A stretch of 64,000 nt of DNA from Lama glama. Lineage: Eukaryota. The stretch spans positions 44,084,001 through 44,148,000 of the forward strand of contig CM052818.1 of assembly GCA_028534125.1 (NCBI GenBank), in the 5' to 3' direction. The number at the start of each line of letters is the position of its first letter. The first letter of the stretch is position 1. A program made the position numbers and the translations under genes. Below, one piece after another: positions 50,771-62,074 of the stretch. The notes beneath the pieces are model-generated. The model searched no databases and had not been told where the DNA came from. It saw only the letters and a list, made by a program, of their open reading frames with translations.

Positions 50771-50917
50771 TTTTTTTTTAATTTATCAATTTGGGGGGGG
50801 GGGTAATTAGGTTTGCTTATTTGTTTGTTTGTTTGTTATTAATGGAGGTGCTGGGGATTGAACCCAGGACCTCTTGCATGCTAAGCATGCACTCTACCAC
50901 CAAACTATACCCTCCCC
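50771..50917 (-). mobile_element. tRNA-Ala-derived SINE (Vic-1 type)
   Basis: ggtaattaggttt...aatggaggtgctggggattgaacccaggacctcttgcatgctaagcatgcactctaccac. Confidence 0.92.
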
Positions 50918-51524
50918 ACCAAAATCCCAGCTTTGATGAGAAGGATGCTGTGATAGCAGAATGATGTGGATCATGAGACCCCTTAAGAGTAGAGTTGGGA
51001 TGGAGACAGTGAGTGAGACCAGCCAGGGTCTGAATTCAAGCTCCGTGATCTGAATTCATCCTCTGTTAATATGGGTGCCTTGTCTTAAAAAAAAAATTAT
51101 TTAACATAAAGGTAGTGATCCCTACTTTATAATTTAGTTGTAAATTTTACAAATAAATAACATACAGAGGGCTAGAAAGCATTATTAATTATACCTCCTG
51201 AGGTGTCGTAATAATATCACCTCTTTGTGAACTGAGATGATTTTCACCAGGAAGGACGTGTTAGGATTACCTAAGAGATAACTCTATTCAGTCAAAATAC
51301 ATGCCTATTATGAAATGCACAGTTTTCTCCTGGAATTTCTCACCTTCCATGGCAGAGAACTTGAGTGTCGTTCTATTAATGTGGAGATTATTCTGCGATG
51401 GAGAGTCATCTTTTGCTCCTGACCATTGGCATAATGCTTCATGTGCAAGATAAGCACCTCCCTGCTCTGTCGTTTAAACTCCTCAAGCAACAATAAGGCA
51501 AAGGAAGTAAGAGTAATGTTATGT

Positions 51525-51640
51525 CTACTATACAGATGAGGAAACTGAAACCCAGAACACTTGGCGCCTTTCCTTAGCCATCTTGCCAGTTGGTAGCAGA
51601 CTCAGGTCTCCAGCCCAGGTCTTCTGACTTCAAGACACAT
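51525..51640 (-). mobile_element. MIR SINE core
   Basis: tacagatgaggaaactgaaacccaga...cccaggtcttctgacttcaag. Confidence 0.7.
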
Positions 51641-52772
51641 ACATCCCACTTTCTCCTTTCATGTTTAAAAATGCAATAATATCATGACAAGACAAAGAAA
51701 GCCAACCTTTCTTGAGAAGCTCTTATGTGCTGGGAACTTTTCTCCTGGCTTCCTAGGTGACATTTTTAGCTTAATCCAGACGCTGTGCAAGATCTGGGTT
51801 ATTAGCCTGATTTGACAGAAGAGGAAGCTGAGCCCTGAGAGGTAATGGGCCACATTATACAACTCAACATGGGCAGATTTTGAGAATTGGATGCAGAGGA
51901 GTTAACCTGGAAACCCATGCTGTTTTCATCAGCCCCTTTCAATCCATACAAGAAAGGGTCAAAGAAGGGAGTATGAGTCCGAAGAACCTGTAAATGGCTC
52001 CCTTTTGTTCTGGTTTATCCTAAATCTTAAACTGCAGCTGCCCAGTATCAAATGGCACAGGGTGTCCTGCCCACCCAGCTTGGAGTTTGCCGTGAAGAGA
52101 ATTTTACCTGTAGCCAGAGACTGACTGTTGGTAAAAACGCTTGCATTGGTTGCAGAGAGCTAGGAAGAAGCCTGATTTTCAGCTGGGTTTTCTAGCTCTG
52201 GGGACCAGCAGTCTGCAGCAGCAGCAGGATTTGATCTTGTTGGATTACCGACCTTGCTCTATTCTGTCTTTGTGTACGAGCATGGTTAGCTCCCACACTA
52301 TAAATGGCTTTAACTTTAAGGAAATCCCTGTTGGGTATTTCCCCCATCTTTGCTGTTATTATTGACTCCTTGAAACTTTCTATGAAAATGTAGACGCTTC
52401 TGCCTTGGTGAACCATGGACACTCTTTGAAATTCTTTAGGTAATTTGTAGCTCAGCTAGTCTGGAAGAAAAATGGCCTCCGTATAAAGTTAGAGAAGAGA
52501 AGTTAGACTCTTCTGTGTGCACCTGTTTTGTACATGACCCAAGAACTGGGAAGAGTTAGACGAAGCTGGAGACAAGGGTCTCTGGAGATCACCAGCACGG
52601 AGAGAGAGGGCATGGCCCATGTTCTGAGCAGTGACAGCCCTGTCCCCATCCCCTGAGGGCCAGCCCCTTCCCCACTGCGTTTCAGGATTAGGCATTCTAT
52701 TCTTGGCCTTTGAGGAGCGACTCTGAGGAGGTTGGGGTGGAGTGAAAGAGGTGACATAAAATGCAATTAAAG

Positions 52773-53152
52773 TGTGTTAGTCCAATCAAGTTGCCAGAAC
52801 AGAACCCCACAGACTGGGTGACTCAGACAGGAGCCACCTCCCAGCTCTGATGGTAGGAAGTCCATGATCAAGGTGCCTGCAAATGCAGTTTCCGGTGAGA
52901 GTTCTCCAAATGGCTTGCCCGCGGCAGCCTTCTTGCTGCGTCCTCATGTAGCCTTTCCTCCGTGTCTCTTGGCGAGAGCTTTGGTCTCTCTTCCTCTTCT
53001 TTACACACCAATCCGATAAGGGTAGGACTCCACCCTTGTGACCTCACTTAACCTACATTACCTTCCTAAAGGCTCTGTCTCTAAATACAGTCACAATGAA
53101 GGTTAAGGCTTCAACACCTGTATTTGGGGGGCATACAATTCAATTCATAGCA
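52773..53152 (-). mobile_element. MaLR solo LTR (MLT1A-like)
   Basis: TG...CA ends. ggaagtccatgatcaaggtgcc; gacctcacttaacctacattaccttcctaaaggc...ttaaggcttcaacacctgtatttgggggg. Confidence 0.85.
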
Positions 53153-54101
53153 AGAAATACTAGCTGTTATTATTAATAACAATACATGAGGCGCTGATTA
53201 CATCACAGGCATCATACTATGGGCTATTACACAGTCTTCCCAGTATATATAAATAAGCATGAGTTTATGGCCTCAGTTTAAAGGTAAGGAAAATGAAAAG
53301 AGAGGCTGAAAATTGAGGGCTGCTAGTAAATAAATAATAGATCCAGGACTAGAACTCAAAAGTGCTTGTCTCCAAAGGTACCACTGCATGTATTTCAATC
53401 TCTCTCTCTCTGTTAAAGGGATTCTTTCATTTTGGAACTTTAGCAAGACATCAAAGAATTAAGAGAAGAGTAGTATGTAGTTACATCAACAGTTATACGT
53501 AATTATCTTGCAAAGAGTTTGGAGATTCATCTGAGGAGGTTTGGATATTGTATGGCAGGTCTTGGTGAGGCCCTGCTGAGCTCTCAAAGAAGCAATTACG
53601 AGAAAAACCATTCATATTTGGTGTGAGGGCTTCCCTCTTTCCCTTCGTAACAGTTACACATTTGTTAATGATCCACCTCTTGGGCTAGTAGCAACCCATG
53701 TCCGTTACAGTGTCAGAACAGCCACGTCTTCCTCTTTCACAGAAGAGCTGTCTGCGGAGAAGCCTCGGTCTTCCGCCTGTAAATGCTCGAAGAGCCCCCT
53801 GCCCACCGCACAACTACATCGGTTCCTCCGGTGGCTTTTTCCTATTCGTTAAATGCACACACGTGTGCAACAGCAGAAACTTCAGCAGAACACCAACGGC
53901 TTCCTCACTCCCCACTCCAAGCATCTTCAAAATGCCTGTGACAGAAGAAAAGAAGTCTCCTTGCCTGGCTGAGGCCGCATGGCTATAAGGCGGTTTAAAG
54001 CTCACCCCCCAAACCTGCCCTTAATTTTGCAGAATGATAACTGCTGGCCTGGGTGTGTCCCCCAGGCCCTTCTTGTACCTTTCTTCTTCCCTGGAAAGCG
54101 A

Positions 54102-54129
<28 letters not shown>
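54102..54129. repeat. (TC)n microsatellite
   Basis: Seen directly in the sequence. Confidence 0.95.
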
Positions 54130-54133
<4 letters not shown>

Positions 54134-54455
54134 CTTCTCATGTTACAGCGCAACGGTCCTCTCCAACAAGAAATCTGTAGCACAACGGACTGAATTAAAA
54201 CTGTCAGCGTGGTCCTGTTCGTCGGGTGTTTTACCATCTAGCCAAATCCTGGTTCCTTTCCTTTACCATCCTGTCCACGTAGCCTCATCCTTCTTCCTGT
54301 TTAAGACGCTTTTTGATGTTGACACCCACCGAGAGTTGGGGCAAAGGTGGAGTGGTGATGAGAGCTGTGAAATGAGTGTAAATGAAGGGCAGTTTATCCC
54401 AAATGCTTCAAGAGAGAAGGCTCATTTATGTATAAATTAAGGAATGCAACCCAGA

Positions 54456-54477
54456 GTGTGTGTGTGTGTGTGTGTGT
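54456..54477. repeat. (GT)n microsatellite
   Basis: Seen directly in the sequence. Confidence 0.95.
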
Positions 54478-55224
54478 ACATGTGCACTCCTGAGCACGGG
54501 TGTCTATGTCCAGCGGAAGGGGGCGACCTAGGGAGGAAGGAAGGAAGACAGAGAAAGGAAGAGAGAGAGACATTGAAACTCAACCAGTGCTTGCGGAAGC
54601 CAGGCAGAGAGGCAAACTGCTGAATCAGGTCATTCATTATTCTCTCTTTGCACTTCAAACAAACAGCAATTGTTGGTTTAGCTAACAAGTTGTGCCTTAA
54701 TTACAGGCCATTAGGCACCATTAATAAAGGAAACCGATTGCACAAGAATCTAAATTTCACTTCTTGCATTTCATTCTCTAGAAAGAAGACCGATTCAAAA
54801 TAGATTTCATTCTCTGCCTCCAAATCCTGTAACAACACAAGGATCCTCGTCCTCCCCTAGATTAGCTCAGCTGCCCACCTTCTCCGGGACTCCTTTCCTG
54901 GGCTTGCCTCTCTCTCCTGATGCTCGAGGCACTGGGGCATCCCGGCCCTGCCTGCCCTGGGCTTTTAAGAGGCAGGTTCGTATGTGGACCTGTACCCAGA
55001 TGACCTGTCTGTCTGTCTGCCTCTCCAGATAGCCTCCCAGCTGCCTGCGGAGGAATGATGCTTCTTTTTTCAAAATCCTACTTTCCAGTGAAATTGTAAC
55101 AATAACTACTATTCATCTTGATGGTTGAATTTCTTATTTATGAAGACACATCCTTCTATTTACTTCTGCTATCCAGTTGAATCTTCCCAACAATCCACTA
55201 GTGTAGACATGATTGCCTCTTTTG

Positions 55225-55357
55225 GGGGGAGGAGGGCAATTTAGTTAGTTAGTTAGTTGGCTGTTTGCTTTAAGAGGCGGTGCCGGGGATCGAACCCAGG
55301 ACCTCATGCATGCTAAGCACACGCTCTACCTACCATCTGAGCTACACTCTCCCCCCC
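55225..55357 (-). mobile_element. tRNA-Ala-derived SINE (Vic-1 type)
   Basis: ccggggatcgaacccaggacc (B box ggttcgatccc on the minus strand). Flanking repeat cctcttttg (55216-55224 / 55362-55370). Confidence 0.9.
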
Positions 55358-56525
55358 ATGCCCTCTTTTGTTATACATTTCCCTCACAAATGCACCCCTC
55401 AGTCTCTTCCCCCAAAAATATACCAAGAAAGGAAAGGAGCTGATGCCGGTCACTCACTCCAATACCAGTGTCTCCTGCCAAGGGCCTTGTCCCTGGAAAT
55501 TTGATTCCTTTGAGGAAGAAAAGCTCTCATTTTTGTTAAAAAGTCATGTGCACCTGTTCTAAGGTGGCTTTCTCCTCACTCGGGAGTGACCTACTGCAGA
55601 CCCAAGTCAATCCAGCCACGAGTGGAAATCCCACAGGCCAACCCGGTCATCCAGTGACACCAGACCAAGACTCAGATTTGTGTGACATACGTGCCCCAGA
55701 CAACGTGCCCCAGATCTCTCTCTGAGAGAGAGATCGAAACTCTCCCAACACCCTAGCGAGACAGAAGTCCTCGATCAGTGCCTTACGCTGCTGTCAGGGT
55801 GACCCTTCCAAAGCTCACATCAGCCGTGTTTCTGTCTTCCTCAATTGTCTGCCTGGCTCCGCAGTGCCACCAGGAAGAAGTTTAGCACGACATGGAAGGA
55901 CTTCCTTTCTGGACCTCAGATCCCACCATCTGGGGGATGACACTTGGATCAAACAATCTGCTGAGCTTCTGGTTAGAGACGAGCCCTCTGCCCTAAGTGG
56001 AGCTCAGCTGTCCTCCCTGGCTTTCACAGAGATGCGTTGGTTTAGCCACGAAAGTGTACGTACTGTTACAGAGCGCCAAACAGGCACGGTGTCAAAACGG
56101 TGGCAGGCCATCAAAGAAATCGTCAGATAGATGGAGACGTCCCACACGGGGAGAAGGGCCTGGCTACATGGAAGGGTTTGCTGTTCCTCGTACTTACAGC
56201 CCCTCTCATGCGGTCGGGGGCCCTTCAGACCCGATCTTTCTTGTTCGCAGACAGGCCGGCTTTGAAGACGACAGCATGGGAAACAGCATGGCATCTAACC
56301 ACGTACGTGGGAGTGCAGCCTCTCGGGTATGTTGGAACTGATGCAGGCAACAAAAAACAAAAAGAAAGAAAGAAATCAGTCTTCACAGATTAAGGAGTTT
56401 GTGATTCTTGACCTTTCTTCAAATGCACAAAAATCTTTTCTGGTTTTGTAGGTGGCTCAATTTGCATACGCCCATGATAAATAATAATTAAATAAATGAA
56501 TGTATATTAATATTTAAGCATTCTT

Positions 56526-56789
56526 TTTTAATTGAAGTATAGTCATTTTACAATGTGTCAATGTCTGGTGTACAGCATAATGTTTCAGTCATACATGTAC
56601 ACGCATATATTCCTTTTCATATTCTTTTTCATTTTAAGTGATGTTGAACTATATTGAATGTAGTTCCCTGTGCCACGCAGTATAAACTTGTTGTTTATCA
56701 TTTTATCTATAGTAGTTGGTATCTGCAAATTGCGAGTTCCCATTTTAGCCCTTCCCACCTCCTTTCCTTGCTGGTAACCAGACTCACAG
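56526..56789 (-). mobile_element. L1 3' end with a tiny inverted 5' piece
   Basis: Antisense L1 3'UTR up to ggtaacca, then sense gactcacag. TSD atttaagcattctt (56512-56525) / atgtaagcatcctt (56790-56803). Confidence 0.85.
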
Positions 56790-57203
56790 ATGTAAGCATC
56801 CTTAATACTTTTAATTGTAATAATAACACTTCCATATTTGAAAAATTACCGTGTGTGTCATTTGGTGTTCACAACACTATGAGATTACCCATCATTCTCA
56901 CCATCATTTTACGACATGGAAACTGTGTAGCAGACACTGTACATGGCACTCAGGACCACCTCTATGGGACATGCTTCCAGCGTCATTATTGACGGGAGGG
57001 GGGATCTGAGGTTTAGAGGGGTAAGTAAGTTGCCCGAGGTCACAGAGTTTCAGGGTCGATGCTTTAACCAGTGCTGTCTAATTGCAGAAACTATGTTGTT
57101 AAGCATGATGGCAAGGAAACACTGAGGCTCAGGGGTAATTAAATGACTTGGCCAAGGTCAAGAACTGGGGTAGGACCCAATGGCCTTTCTTGGGACCCCA
57201 GTT

Positions 57204-57703
57204 NNNNNNNNNNNNNNNNNNNNNNNNNNNNNNNNNNNNNNNNNNNNNNNNNNNNNNNNNNNNNNNNNNNNNNNNNNNNNNNNNNNNNNNNNNNNNNNNN
57301 NNNNNNNNNNNNNNNNNNNNNNNNNNNNNNNNNNNNNNNNNNNNNNNNNNNNNNNNNNNNNNNNNNNNNNNNNNNNNNNNNNNNNNNNNNNNNNNNNNNN
57401 NNNNNNNNNNNNNNNNNNNNNNNNNNNNNNNNNNNNNNNNNNNNNNNNNNNNNNNNNNNNNNNNNNNNNNNNNNNNNNNNNNNNNNNNNNNNNNNNNNNN
57501 NNNNNNNNNNNNNNNNNNNNNNNNNNNNNNNNNNNNNNNNNNNNNNNNNNNNNNNNNNNNNNNNNNNNNNNNNNNNNNNNNNNNNNNNNNNNNNNNNNNN
57601 NNNNNNNNNNNNNNNNNNNNNNNNNNNNNNNNNNNNNNNNNNNNNNNNNNNNNNNNNNNNNNNNNNNNNNNNNNNNNNNNNNNNNNNNNNNNNNNNNNNN
57701 NNN
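57204..57703. other. Assembly gap (500 N)
   Basis: Run of N. Confidence 1.
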
Positions 57704-58639
57704 AGGGGGCAATCCTTCCCCAGGGGGAGTGCAAATTCTCTCACCTGTAACGGAACACAAGAGGTATTATAAGTGGCTTCCATATAAGGTAGTAAGAAGA
57801 AAATTACTAGAATTTTAACAAATTTAAAGGCTAAGTGTGATTTAATGTGTAATCTCAGAACAACTAAGGTCCCCAGGCGCAAGGGGAATTGGGACACATG
57901 GCCAGGCTTGCCATGGTCTCCGCCAGGTGTTCACTGGGGTGACTGCAGACAGAGGAAACCAGGGGGAGCCCCCTCAGTTATGCAGGTGATAACTGACAGC
58001 TGTAAGAACCACTCACAAAACACCACCCACTTTCCTGGGCCCAAATTCAGTTTAGGAGCTTCAAGAATGTAAAAAAGGAGTTGGGGAAGAAGGACCTCAG
58101 GAAAAGCTGGGCTTGTCATGACATGAATAATGCAGAGGGTAAAGGAGCCTTAAAACATCTGTATCCGCAGCCTGGGCCCGGCAGCTCTGCCGTTCATCCA
58201 TAAATAACTGACAGGTCCAAAGTCAAAGGGATTATTTTTAATGTTGCAAGTGATAAAAGCAAGGCTCTGAAGGATTCAGAGGAGAGAAGTAGCCCTGTGG
58301 AATGCCAGAGGAAAGAGCTTGCAAGTGATAAAAAGAGTGAATAATTTAAGACTTTCTAGGGTTGAACGTGATCATCGAAGGCTTATTGTGTTTCCCTAGG
58401 TCTTTGCTTTGAAATCCACGGACTCTCCGCAAGTGTAGTCATTGCTCTGTTTGGCCTGATCCACATCGACAGTATGGGATGGTGGCCTCCCTCCCCATCA
58501 CCAGGCTGGCAATGCTGTGATAGAGAGGCTGGCTGTGGGTGACAAACTTGTGGGAAACTTTTTTGTTTTTTGTTCTTTTATTCATGGCCAAAGAGGAATA
58601 CAAGGTAAGGAAATGCACAAGTATTTAAAACTTCTGTTC

Positions 58640-59320
58640 ACTGTAACTTTCCAGAAAGTCTCACTTCTATCTGCTCGTCCTTGCACCCTCTTTATTTCCA
58701 GGCATCTCACCTTGGATGCTGTCACCTTGGATTCCTCGATTACTGAAGTTGGTTCCATACTTAGTCTACCTGCTCTCAAGTTCACACCCAACCTATCCAG
58801 GATGCCCTCCAGCAAACCAGATAAACTTTCCACTGGGTCACTTCAGTTTCCTGTCCACAAGCCTCTGGCAGCTGCCACCAACCACAGAAAAAAATCCCAC
58901 TGACTCCTGGGACTTCCACTGCCACGTACGTCTCTGGAATCTTGACTCCTTCATGAAAGGTCCAAACCCACACGTCAAATTGCATATGATAAACGTATCC
59001 ATTTTGGTTGTCCACAAGCTTCTCCAACTCCAAACTTCCAAAACTGGACTCCTCATACCCACTTCCTTCCCATGAAAACAAAACAAAATAACTCCTTCAG
59101 TTTCTTTCATTATAATCTACTTAGTCACACTTCTGAAAAAACATCGTGACCCACCCTCACCAAATCCTAGCACATCAAGCTTTGTCCATTTTAACTCTTA
59201 ACTATCTTCCAAATCTGCTCCCTCTTCACCATCTCAAGCACTTGTCCTTTCCTGCCACATCCTCTGTACAAGCCTCCTCACTTGTCTTACCAGCTTCAGT
59301 CTCCTTTTAAAATACTCTCC
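58640..59320 (+). mobile_element. L2 body fragments
   Basis: Pyrimidine-rich: ggttgtccacaagcttctccaactccaaacttccaaaactggactcctcat; actatcttccaaatctgctccctcttcaccatctc. Confidence 0.55.
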
Positions 59321-59327
59321 CCTCCGT

Positions 59328-59560
59328 CTTATTGTTATTATTATTATTATTATTGAAGCTTAGTCAGTTACAATGTCTTGATTCTGGTGTACAGCATGTT
59401 TCAGTCATACATATATATACACATAATTGTTTTCATATTCTTTTCCATTATAGGTTACTGCAAGAAACTGAATATATTCGCCTGTGCTATACAGACATTT
59501 TTTTATGTATTTTATATACATATAGTAGATAGAATTTGTACATCTCGAGCTCCTAATTTA
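59328..59560 (-). mobile_element. L1 3' end with (TTA)n tail
   Basis: ttattgaagcttagtcagttacaatg...ttctggtgtacagcatgtttcagtcatac...cctgtgctatacag. Confidence 0.88.
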
Positions 59561-59599
59561 CTCTGACAACTGTAGAAGGCAAACTTTAACGAGTCGTCC

Positions 59600-61545
59600 T
59601 CACACTGACTTCCATGAGAAAGTATATATATAACTTCCAGCAATTCATTTTTCAGCTATGGTGGTTTCACTTTTGACACAGCAGTGTAAGCTCCTCACAG
59701 ATCAACATATATGGAAAAATATATACAAAACAACTTCTGGAAGTCTCTGACTAGAGACCAAAAGCAGAAAGATTTTGGAAGGGAACTGAAATTTTGAACA
59801 AGGAAAGAGCACAATTTAAATTCCACATTTTGTAGACTTTGCTGGGGGTAATCAGATTGTGCCATGGTACGGGACAGTTCAAGTTCCCATAGAAATCCCC
59901 CTGTCCTCCTGCTCGAAGGGACAGAACCACAGAACCTGGGGTAATGACAGCCACTGGAAGGTGAGGGGAGAATCCTAAAAAGGAGAGAGTTAGAGACGGT
60001 AAGCCCAGGTGTTTTGTGCAAATTGCAAGATTCTGGCTAACTCCTGCAGTAAGCGTAAAGCAATCTCCTTCAAAGAGACAAAAAGTGACTATGATTTGAA
60101 CTGCTGCTCACCAGGGACGGGACAAGGTTTCAGTGTGAATCTATCCAAGCAAATTATCAGCTAAAACAAAGGCATCAAAAAACAAAACAAAACAAAGGCA
60201 CAGGCATCACACTCTTACCAGGAATACAGTCCCTCCACCATCTCACCAACAAAGCATTCACAGTGCTCAGAGTGCGAGCCAATATTGCCTGGTATAAGAA
60301 GAACCAAGAAAATTAGACTATTCTCAAGGGAAGAAATAGTCAGAAGAGGCAAAAACATGAGATGAAACAAATGTTGAAGTTAGCAGGCCAGCGCTTTAAA
60401 GCAGTGACTCGAAATTTGCTCAGTGAGGTTCAAGAAAATCAGTTCATTTTAAATAAAAATATAGGTTATCTCAAAAGAGAAATGGAAGATATGAAATAGA
60501 ACCAAAAGGAAATCTTAAAATACAAAGATGTAATAGCTGAAATTAAAAAAAAATAGAGAACGAGGGATGGATTTAATAAAATTGTGATTTGCGATCACAG
60601 GGAATGGCCAATGAACTTGAAGTAGATCAATAGGAACTATTCAATCTGATAGAGACAATAAACATAGGGAAGGAAGGAAGGAAAGAAGAAAGGAAGAAAG
60701 GAAGGAAGGAAAGGAGAGTGAGTCTCAGGAACATGTAATAGAAATCAAAACCCTTAAGCTATGTGGGATTGTAGCCCCAGTCCCAGAAAGTGAGATAAAA
60801 CAGAATGGGCAGAAAAATATTCGAAAAAATAACGATCACAAACTTCCCAAATTTGGTGTAAGATATAAAATTCCATATTCAAGAAGCACAAATAATCACA
60901 AAAAGAAATATGAAGGGAAGCATGGCTAGCTACACCATAACCAAACTATTGAAAACCAAAGAAAAAAAGAATACATTTAAAGCAGCCTAAGAAAAGCTAC
61001 ATTGTATAAACAGTGTCTTATGAGGTTTAATGCACACTGACCACATGACCTTATCATTTACTCCTGGAGATCTACCCAAAAGAAATGAAAACACGAGGAC
61101 TTGTACATAAATATTCATATTAGCCTTATTAAAAATAGTAAAAAGAAAAAATTGGAAACAATCCAAATGCCCATCAACAGGTGATGAGCAACATGCAATT
61201 ATTTCCAAATGATGGAATACTACTTGGTAATAAAAAGGGAAGAGCGTACCAATGTGGATGAATCTCAAAACAATGTAGACACGAAAAATACGTCCTGGAT
61301 GATCCTATTATAAAAAACTCTTAAAAATACAAGGCAATCTATAGGGGCAAAAAGTAGATTTCTGGTTTCCTGACCTTGGGAACTACAAGGGTATACAAGG
61401 AGACTTTTGGGGTGATGAAATATTCCAGATTTGCATTATTGCAATGGTACCATATGGGTACACATCTTTCAGAACTCCTCACAGTGTATGAACTTAGATG
61501 GAAGCAGTGTGTAAATTATACCTCAATAAATGATTAAAATATTTT
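59600..61545 (+). mobile_element. Old L1M element: 5' region and ORF1 remnant joined directly to the ORF2 end and 3'UTR; (GGAA)n at ~60667-60712
   Basis: ORF1-like aatgaacttgaag...gaaaaatattcgaaaaaataa...aacttcccaaatttgg...aaagcagcc. Then aattggaaacaatccaaatgcccatcaacaggtga and taaattatacctcaataaa. Confidence 0.7.
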
Positions 61546-61764
61546 ACCTAAAGAAATCCAAGATGAATCAAAGAGGAGTTGCATCCAAAGCCATGTTGCT
61601 CTTCAATATTCTTTGACATTGATCTATCAGTCATTGGAAAGTTTGGATCAGAGCATGAATTATGAAAAGTAGTCCATCGTGGTCAATAACCTGTGAACGT
61701 TGTCCATTGGCTGCAAGTGATTCAAATGAGTCTTCACCTTCTTATTGTGAAGAGATTTAAATCA

Positions 61765-62074
61765 AACCTCACTAAAAAAGAACATAAATACAAAACAGAA
61801 ACAGACTCTTAGACATAGAATACAAACTCGTGGCCGGGGGTGGGAAGGGACAGACTGGGATTTCAAAATTTGTAGATACTGACAGGCATATATAGACTAG
61901 ATAAAGAAGATTATACTGTATAGCACAGGGAAATGTATACAAGATCTTGTGGTAGCTCACAGCGAAAAAAAAATGTGACAGTGAATATATATACGTTCAT
62001 GTACAACTGAAAAATTGTGCTCTACACTGGAATTTGACACAACATTGTAAAATGACTATAACGCAATAAAAAAA
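61765..62074 (+). mobile_element. Young lineage-type L1 3'UTR end
   Basis: acagaaacagactcttagacatagaatacaaact...ctgtatagcacagggaaat...gactataacgcaataaaaaaa. Same subfamily as 15349-15476. Confidence 0.9.

Noticed and set aside
53979..54440. 153-aa ORF
   Set aside because: Runs through a (TC)n microsatellite; no recognisable homology or splice structure.
57129..57897. Six ORFs of 200-252 aa
   Set aside because: All span the N gap.
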